64,000 nucleotides of DNA from Macrostomum lignano (Eukaryota): positions 248,001-312,000 of the forward strand of contig NIVC01000184.1 in NCBI GenBank assembly GCA_002269645.1, given 5' to 3'. Positions 55,054-64,000 of the stretch are shown piece by piece. Position 1 is the first letter of the stretch; each line of letters opens with the position of its first letter. The notes under the pieces are model-generated. The model did no database searches. It saw nothing but the letters and a program-made list of their open reading frames with translations, and was not told the origin of the DNA. The position numbers and the translations under genes are program-made.

Positions 55054-55974
55054 TACTGTCAGATTGATACTCAATTAGCGAATGTGGCAAGTGCATGGCG
55101 AGTGCATCCAAAAAAAAATTCCGAGAGACCTGCAAATCGATTTGCCCGAGCAGAGTGCAGAACACTTTTTTCTAGATCAATAAGCAACCATTTGTACCTG
55201 TCAGTCTCTCACTTATCCTTCTCTCACCTGGTTTCCCCTTCTCTCCATCCTGAGCTCGATTCTGTCTGTACGAAGTGATATATTGAAGCCCTTTTAAAAG
55301 CAATAGTATGTGCACGTATGTACTCGTATCTGGCATCATTCATTTGGGCTGTACACCCAAACGCGCTTGTGTGTGGAGTCAGCTGAGCGTACATTGGAAA
55401 CCAGGTTCATCGTCTATAAGAGATCCGCTGGCCTGCATCGCACAAGAGCTCAGATTCTTTTCAACTCAGATGAGTGAAAGAGCAGCCAGGCCCTGCGAGC
55501 ATTAGAGTAAAATTTATATGGGAGAACTGATGAAGAAGTGTTGAACTGAGTTGAACTTGCAATGAGTTAAGTGGATTTTTTCACTCAGCAGGGACATTGT
55601 ACGCGTGGTCGTATTGCGACTTTTATATGATGATTGACGATCGCTAGATTATGGGGCACGCATGGCTTTGAATTCCACAGCCGAGAGCCGAAGTGACATT
55701 TCTCTTCTCCGGCAACTTGATGAGGCAGCCAAGTTCACTGCTTTCAGTCCTGAGACCAGTCTCTTCCGGCCTGAGTGATGGCTTTGCTGACTTGCAAAAA
55801 AACTGCGGAATTTGATTGCTAAGAGCTACGATTATGAGCTGATTCAAGTATTAGCAATGCGCAGCCAAGACTGATTTCTCTTCTGAGCTTTTAAATTTGG
55901 CTTTTTGGCTGGCAAAATTGATTGACATTTGACACTTCTGCTGCGCCATGTAGGAATACTGTAGTCTGTTCTAG

Positions 55975-56531
<557 letters not shown>

Positions 56532-57769
56532 CGCAGATAATTCTCTGACCCGAAAAGACGCTTTTTTGAATAAACTTAATTCTCTGATGGTATGGACCGG
56601 GGTGGTGACTCATTAAAGCAGGCTGGCTGGTCTGCTGACTGTACACCCTGTGGGAGCAGAATCACTTCATCGCCAAGGTGCCCCAATTGAAGCGTCTGGC
56701 AACTTCAGAGCTTCCAGGAAGATTAATAAAGTGAGCATGCGACCTTTTTTTCAGAATATTTTTCTCTTCATTCACAAGCCGCCTCAGTGTTTACAGTTGC
56801 GTGTGGGTGGGGCGTGCTTTTGTCAGCGCAAGAGTGCCGTAAGCTAGCCGTAAAAAGTTCACACCGGGACACGCGTTGGAGTCTCCCCTGCCTCTCTTCT
56901 CTCCTTACTCTTTTTCTACTCACTGGCGGCAAACTCCGCGCATAGCAGCCACTCATCAGTTTTAGGAAGAGAAGCCGCTCAGGATTGGGATGAGGGTGTC
57001 TCGCCGACACTGGGGGAGCAGGGACAGTGTCGGACTCCAGGAGAAGGGGGAACAGGTTGCGCGGGCGCGGCGGGGGACTGCAGTGGCTTATGCAATTTAC
57101 TAAGGATGAGAATAGCGCGGGGCCAGGGCGACCACGCGCCAGAATTTAAGCTTAGTGAAGTGGAAAATTGAGCAGCTCCCATCCATTCTGCTCACCTACC
57201 CCCCTCTCCGGTGCAGAGTTGTAGAGAGAGAGAGAGAGAGGGACAGGAAAAACCTGGGCTTTTGAGAGAGGAAGAGACGATTGAGCATAGAGGCCATTAA
57301 TACTTATGGTGCGTTAATGCGATTTTGGCCTGTCTCTGTGCTCAACTGTGGATAACGAGTCAATAAGAGTGTCCCTCAGTTTAATCTCTTACCCTGTCTT
57401 TAGCCTATATTATCCGAGAGCTAACAACAATAATTCTAAAATGCTCCAACTGCTCCCCCGCTCCCTTCTCAGCTTTGACAAAGCGCGGCTCCGCCGTTAA
57501 TTATGCAAGAATTCACAATCACCCTGCAGCTTATGGCTGCTGCTGCTGCTGCGGGAACCGTGTGGTTAAACAAAATTGCCTATTTTAGACCGCGCAGACT
57601 TCCTATGGAGTCTTTTTCAGCTCATATATTTCAACTCCGATAAGTTTCTTCTTGACCTCGCCTGACTGTAAGGAAGTGAGTGGGTCTGTCTGATCGGCAG
57701 TGGCATTCCCTGTGCAAGCGGTCATCCATTATGCCGAAGGTCACGGGGTTGTTTTCACAAACGCGAAAC

Positions 57770-58012
57770 TTCACTACCGCTAAATCGTAAGCGCGAAACT
57801 TCACAACCGCTAAATCACCTACTTTCATAAACGCGAAAATTCACAACCGCCAAACTTCACAACCGCCAAACTTCACAACCGCCAAACTTCACAACCGCCA
57901 AACTTCACAACCGCCAAACTTCACAACCGCCAAACTTCACAACCGCCAAACTTCACAACCGCCAAACTTCACAACCGCCAAACTTCACAACCGCCAAACT
58001 TCACAACCGCTA
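57770..58012. repeat. 16-bp tandem repeat AAACTTCACAACCGCC
   Basis: Direct reading. Confidence 0.93.
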
Positions 58013-58728
58013 AAAAGACTGCCGTATATGAAAAGTCAGTGCAAAAATTTTAGCTCAAATTCTTATACAAGCTTCAGAGAAACACGACATCCTCTGTGCT
58101 CTGGGGCTTGCGGGTTGGCCCCCACAACTGTGAATTGCTCGACAACCTATGGTCAACGTCTCGATTTCAAAAATCGGCAATTTTATCAACAATATAAAAT
58201 ATTGTTTATTAAAAGCTTTGTAAAAAAATTGCACAAGAACATGAGAGGCCGCTGCATGTACACCCGAGTTGAGGGACAGAGAGTGCTACAAGGTCAGCAC
58301 AAGTGTCTGCCGATACCGGCATCAAATAGTGTATTATCATTGCACTAATGCCAGAAGATGTTAAACGGCTAAATGATTTTACCTGATTTGAAATGATAAA
58401 TCTGGCTTATATGGAGGTCAGACACTGCATAAACCGCAGTTCCTGGCCCTATCCAAGGTGAACCAGAGTGAACAAGTGTGTGTGTGTTTGCGTCACTCGT
58501 TAATGTCAGTGGAATGGACACCTCTAATGGGCAAGGTGCAGCAATGAAGGTGCATGTGGCTGGTACAGAGCAGCTGGTACTGTCGAGGGTCGCAGCTCAA
58601 ACGTTGCTACCCTAACATGCAGGATTAACTGGGTCTCAGCCTAATTGACCTACGAGTGTATGGAGCTGTCTAGCTACCCTGGGCCAAACTAATCGCCATC
58701 AACCCGACCCCGATCCGCTCCAATCCAG

Positions 58729-59894
58729 AATCCTACTCGCTCTCAGTTCTGGACTGCGACCAGCGGCCAGCTCCCGGCGGTGCCGGATCGGCCGCAGCGC
58801 TCGTCTGGAACGCCTCGGTGAAGCACTATCGAATCCGGGCAATGGACGACGGCGCCGGCTGGTTCATCACTAGCAAGCGCCGATTCCCCAGCATGCAAGC
58901 TCTGGTGGACAACTACAGCGAGCAGGTGGACGGCCTCTGCTGCCGCCTCACCCGGCCCTGTCCGCGGGCCGCGCCAGTCATAGCGGACCTGTCCTACCGC
59001 ACCCGCGACCAGTGGGAGATTCCACGCGACCAGATCCGCCTGCAGGAGCTGCTGGGCTCCGGTCAGTTCGGCGAAGTCTGGCGCGGCCTGTTCAACAACC
59101 GGCTGGAGGTGGCCGTCAAGATGCTTAAGTCGGGCAGCATGGCCAGGTCGGACTTTCTCAAGGAGGCGCGCATTATGAAACGCCTGAGACACCCGAGGCT
59201 AGTCCAGCTGTACGCAGTCTGCACCGACGGTGACCCAGTGTACATTGTCACCGAGCTGATGAGCCGCGGCTCCCTGCTCACCTGCCTGCGAGATTCCGCC
59301 GCCGAAGACGCCGACCAATCGCGTCGCCTGGAGCTGCCAGTCCTGGTGGACATCATGGGCCAGATCGCCAGCGGCATGGCCTACCTGGAGGCCGAGAGGT
59401 TCATCCATCGCGACCTGGCAGCGCGCAACATTCTAGTCGGCAAGGGCAACAACGTCAAGGTAGCGGATTTCGGATTGTCCAGAGCCTTGGGCGAAGGCGA
59501 CAACGGCGAGTACACCGCTAGGCAGGGCGCCAAATTCCCTATCAAGTGGACGAGTCCCGAGGCCGCCCTGCTCGGCCGGTTCTCCATCAAATCCGACGTT
59601 TGGTCGTTTGGCATCGTGCTCTACGAAATTGTCACCAGAGGCCAGGTGCCCTACGCCAGCATGTCGAACACGGAGACGCTGACCGCGGTGGAGAACGGCT
59701 ACCGGCTGGGCCGACCGGCCGACTGTCACGAGGCGGTGTACGCCCTGATGCTTGCCTGCTGGGATGCGCAGCCGGAGCGCCGGCCAACGTTCGCCTATCT
59801 GCGCGACTATTTCGACGACTTCTTCCCGGCGTCGGAGCCGAGCTACCGGCTGGCGTCGGCTGTGCAGTCGGTTTGCATATCGCCGAAGCCTCAG
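58729..59894 (+). CDS. Kinase exon 4 (SH2 C-half, linker, complete tyrosine kinase domain, regulatory tail Tyr)
   Basis: ESYSLSVLD...VKHYRI; LGSGQFGEVW, VAVKML, HRDLAARN (FRK/Src42A-type rather than Src RDLRAAN), DFG, YTARQGAKFPIKWTSPE, EPSY; donor GTGAGT at 59895. Confidence 0.96.
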
Positions 59895-60032
59895 GTGAGT
59901 ACGGCGAGTACTTTTATAACAACATGTATACAAGCTTTTCACCTATAAACAAACTATAGATTGAGTCTGACAGTCAGTAAAACTGGCTTCAGGCGCATGT
60001 ACCTGTGTTTTCTAATTAATTTCCTTTACTAG

Positions 60033-60212
60033 GTAGAAGGAAGAATTCAGAAATCTTCTGGACCGAATTTTTCTATGGCAGAAACCCCATTCATTCAACG
60101 CTATCTCTCAGAGCACTTGGCCATAGAGCATGACAAATACGCGTTTCTTCTTTACCAACTTCCTAGCTTGTTTCAAAGAAAATCGAGTGTGGGATGCAAA
60201 TTTCTTTCTTAG
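60033..60212 (+). CDS. Candidate kinase exon 5 (59-aa C-terminal extension)
   Basis: Strong acceptor ctaattaatttcctttactag|, phase 0; open for 59 codons to TAG at 60210-60212. No recognisable homology. Confidence 0.55.
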   Translation, partial: VEGRIQKSSGPNFSMAETPFIQRYLSEHLAIEHDKYAFLLYQLPSLFQRKSSVGCKFLS

Positions 60213-60404
60213 AAAATATTTGAAGAACATGGTTTTGCCACAAACAATAAGTATTACGAAGATCTATGCAGAAAATCTCCATTGTGCATATAATTACCCG
60301 CTAATTTATTTCACGCTAATGCAACGATAAGGACGGGTGGATAGATAAGCCAGGGAAAGTATAGTCACGTGATGAAATTTTACATCGGGTGTTTTACTTT
60401 CGGG

Positions 60405-60633
60405 ATAATAATAATTGTTTTCAACTGCCCCAATTGGGACAGATGTGCAACCGACAGCTCAGCCGCAGCTATTGCGCGGCGCATCTGAAGGCTGCGTACG
60501 GCTGTTCAGTCCAAGGACTGGGGTGGGGGGGGGGTCGCCACACGCACCTTCGATTACTTCAGCCCCATTTTACAGCTGGGTGAACTGAAGCAATGCAGAG
60601 TTAAGTGTCTTGCTCAAGGGCACAAATTGTTCC
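60405..60633 (-). mobile_element. CORE-type SINE, copy 2
   Basis: Minus strand reads GCCCTTGAGCAAGACACTTAACTCTGCATTGCTTCAGTTCACCCAGCTGTAAAATGGG, then the same 3' body and ATT tail as 12500-12700. Confidence 0.78.
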
Positions 60634-61675
60634 GAGTGAGCTGGTAGTGGTATCCTTAATTTTTTCTACTGATCCTAACGAACCATCGCACTTTTTTATT
60701 TCAGCCATCGTCAACAGCATTGAAGGCAAATTGTTAAACAATTCAAAGATCTGCTTATACAAGATCAATTAAATTCGTCAATTGATAACCATCAACCGAA
60801 ACAGAAGACACCGCATTTAGCAATATGTTTGTATGAATAGAGTTTGCTGTTTTACTTTGCTTTTTAACATCTGTAACCATGCATGTTTACTTTAGATGTT
60901 TTCAACGAAATAAAGAAAGCACAAGCAACTTGAACCGGTATTTTCAGCTTATGTTAAAAAATTCACACTCTAATCTTACTACTAACTAGAGTGATGTGCA
61001 GTAGTAGCAAAGGTTGAAACTGTATAGAAAAATTAACTTTTGTATCGCTCTGAACTGCTACCTCGTCTGGCTAAGGGAATTAAACTGTTTAATTCTTGCA
61101 GATTTTCTACTTTAAACAAATTCAAATGTGCAGTGTAAAATTATGTTTTTTTTGCAAAATTCGTTTACTTCCTTAACTGCCTGTTTTTCAACAATTGCAA
61201 AAATTATAAATAAATATATACATATAGCTATGTAGCCATGGTTATTATGTACATACAGACATAAGTTTATTAAGAAGTAAATGGCTTTTGCGCGTGTATA
61301 ATTATTTGGGAATTTCACGGAGAACTCAAGTAGGACGCTATAAAACTCGACTTTCTTAGAAATGAGACCACAGATTATATTACCTAGATGGGCCACTCCA
61401 GCCGCCTTTTGGCAGCGCGAACACCTCGGGGGTTTTGACCATAGACTATATAGCTTCTGCTACTCTCAAGACATTAGCAGCACCAGCTGGTTTCTGTGGC
61501 CCAAACCCCTGTGTTTTCGGGGTCTCGGAGAATGCTAGCTGGAATGAAACATCTAGATAGTATGTCTAGAATATGCGCTGAATGAGGTTTTGCCATGCCA
61601 TAGACATATTCTGTTTCTTAAGAGCATGCTAAATACACTAGCAATATAACATTAATATACCTTTTCCACTCCAAG

Positions 61676-62150
61676 TCTGTCACAAGTAACTTCAAATCTG
61701 CCGTAGATAGCAGAAAGGCATACATTCAGCTCGCAAGCCGAGCGCCAACTTAATAGTCTATGGTTAAAGCTCAGATCAATTCTGTCAAAAGTAATTTCAA
61801 ATCTGTCCACTGAACAGATAGGGAGTTGGAACCAAGGCAGTAAAGACTAGAAAACTTCTTTATAGACAGACCCAGATTTTAACAGTGAAACTTATTCGTC
61901 TATGGCAATCTTATATATAAATTCTGTCACAAGTAAGTTCAAATCTGTCAGAGATATATACGTTGACAGCAACGCGAGTTCACAACAATTTTTTCTTGCT
62001 TTACCCACCATGCCCTATGCAAGAATATGCTTAATAGACAGGCAGCGCCTGGTTAACAGCTTCAACACTGGACGGGACTGGAGGAGACTGGCCATTGACC
62101 TCGGAATCAAAAGGACCACCGCAAACTTGATCCTAAAGCATTCAGACTGA
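61676..62150 (+). mobile_element. Tc1/IS630-like transposon left-arm relic: three 25-bp direct repeats plus an HTH-coding fragment
   Basis: TCTGTCACAAGTAACTTCAAATCTG variants at 61676, 61781 and 61924. ATG 62010: MPYARICLIDRQRLVNSFNTGRDWRRLAIDLGIKRTTANLIL resembles a transposase N-terminal HTH, then stops. Confidence 0.45.
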
Positions 62151-62308
62151 GCATTCTGATTCGCGAATTGCATGCCAGCATGCCTCATCTGACACATGAC
62201 CACTGCCTACGATGGCACCTGCACACGTTGAGTTACGGACAGGCCTGCTTGGATCGTCGCGATATTTTTGTTTGAAATATCTATGCAACTGATTGACTGT
62301 AGCAGACA

Positions 62309-62571
62309 TGTTAGCATAGTGATGTTCTGTTGTTGAATTAACGAACGCAGAAACAAGATAGATAATTATCCGGGCGCTCGGTGGCACCAAAAGAAGGGCT
62401 TGGCCAATAGGAGGGCGGCTCGTATATTTATGCACGCGGGGAAGGAAAGTTCTAGAAAGACCGGGGAAGGAAACTTCTGGAACTATGCGTAAACAAGTCC
62501 GCGGTGGAAGTTTCTAGAAACGCTGTCCCCGAACTACCCCTACGCATCGCATGCCTTTGCAATACACAACA
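62309..62571 (-). mobile_element. 3' LTR of the Ty3/Gypsy element (~263 bp)
   Basis: On the minus strand the polypurine tract GAAGGAGGGGAAGAA (62572-62586) is followed by TGTTG...TAACA. The distal boundary is inferred from the terminal inverted TGTT/AACA only. Confidence 0.65.
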
Positions 62572-62619
62572 TTCTTCCCCTCCTTCAAGGAGTCCAACAG
62601 TCCCCAAGCTTCACTTTAA

Positions 62620-64000
62620 TCAGTCCCAGCGGCAGTTCATGAAGCGTATCGGCGGGTGCCTGGCTCGCTCAGATCGGCGGGGCGCTGCTGTTCTTGCCGG
62701 AGGCTCCGCCGCCGGTGCCGCCGGTGCCGCCGGTGCCGCCGTGCCGGCTCCGGTCGTTGGCGCCGAGTCCACCAGTGGGTCGAACCGCTCTCTCGGCTGC
62801 GCCGGGTGCGGCGTTCGGATCAGCCGCTGCTGGTTCCATCTGGTGCCGTCGCTGAGCTCGACCGCGTGGTGTCCCGCCTGACGGAGCACTTGTAGTGGCC
62901 GTGAGAGGCGGGTACCCAGCTTGCCCTTCTTGGTGGGCCGTCGGATTCTCACCCAATCGCCGGGGTGGAACGTCTCGGGGCGGGCCCTTCGTCTGGCATC
63001 GGTGTAGGCCTTGATCCGCTGCTGCCGCGCCTCGATTTGCTGCCGCAGTGCCTGAGGCGTCGCCTCGGTCATTGTCATTCCCCCTCCGGGAGACAGCATG
63101 GTGATCGCGGTGCGCCACTTCCGACCCAGCATGAGCTCGGCCGGTGACTTGCCCGTCAGGCTGTGCTTGGAGCTCCGGTAGGCAGACAAGAAGTTGGTCA
63201 CGGCGTCTTGAAACGGCCTGTTCTCCACCATGGCCGCTCTGATGCTGGCGAGTAGCGACCGATTGAGACGCTCCGTCTGGCCGTTGGTTTGCGGATGGTA
63301 GAGGCTGGTCTTGACGTGCCGGATGCCCTGCTCGGCCAAGAAGTCCGAGAACTCGCTGCCAAACTGCGGGCCGTTGTCCGTCAGCACCTTCTCGCACAGC
63401 CCCCACCTTGCGAACAGGCTGCGCATCGCACGGCAGATGGTCTCCGTGGTGATGCTGGCCGTCGGGTCGGGATGACCTCCGGCCACTTGCTGTGCAGGTC
63501 CGTCACGACGATGAGGTACCTGCTAGAGGCCGGCGCCGCCTGCAGTTCTCCGACGATGTCCACGGCGATCTCTGCCCATGGTGAATCTGGCCAGCGTATG
63601 GTCTTGAGCGGGGCCGGACTGACCTTAAAGTTCTTCTCGGCTGTCTCGCACGCTACGCAGTGTCGCACGAAGGTCTCGACCGCCTTGTCCATGGCAGGCC
63701 ACCAGACTGAGTCGCGGAGCGCCTGCTTGGTGCGCACGATGCCCTGGTGCCCTTCGTGAGCCTGCTCGAGAAGCTGGCCGCGGAGAGACTCCGGGATGAC
63801 CGCTCTCTCCTGGAAGGCAAGGCATTCGCCGTTGTTCCAGACGCTTAGCTGTTCGCGCACCTTCCAGAGCGCCCGCAGCTCGACATCGTCGATGTCAGCT
63901 GGCCACCGGCCGCTAATGACGCTCCTGATGGCTGTCCTCAGTGTCTCGTCGGCTGCGGTCCCTGCGGTAAGTGCTTCCAGTGTGACCGCCTTGACTCTCG
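62620..64000 (-). mobile_element. Ty3/Gypsy pol, integrase region (frameshifted), truncated by the window end
   Basis: HEGHQG...WW...CVAC zinc finger; AVDIVG, TDNGPQF, GQTERLNR (D,D35E); frameshift at 63461-63470; frame open from 63998. Confidence 0.95.

Noticed and set aside
61438-61764. A discrete MITE bounded by the 12-bp inverted pair
   Set aside because: No direct target duplication flanks the pair, so the ends may belong to different elements; kept only as supporting motif evidence.

Overview
Eukaryotic (metazoan) genomic DNA. GC-rich exons sit in a matrix of simple and tandem repeats, a style that resembles a free-living flatworm such as Macrostomum (inference only). Four spliced genes can be reconstructed by hand on the + strand from GT-AG junctions with consistent phases. 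(1) A 7-EC protocadherin: one 2.56-kb ectodomain/TM exon plus candidate tail exon(s). (2) A USP4/15/11-family deubiquitinase, 7 exons, 987 aa. (3) PGAM5, 3 exons, 272 aa. (4) A Src42A/FRK-like tyrosine kinase, 5 exons, about 726 aa, with an unusual C-terminal extension. Mobile DNA includes a defective mariner with perfect 26-bp TIRs, the 3' end of a Ty3/Gypsy element (integrase, PPT, LTR), two CORE-type SINE copies, two copies of a (GACA)n-tailed element, a foldback element with a nested CCATAG-ended insertion, and a Tc1/IS630-like HTH relic. The most striking unexplained pattern is that almost every intron is filled by its own private minisatellite. Many units mimic 3' splice-site or branch-point signals, including an eightfold tandem copy of a real USP acceptor. 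No prokaryotic features, CRISPR arrays, rRNA or intact tRNA genes were seen. All coordinates were read manually; repeat boundaries are approximate.
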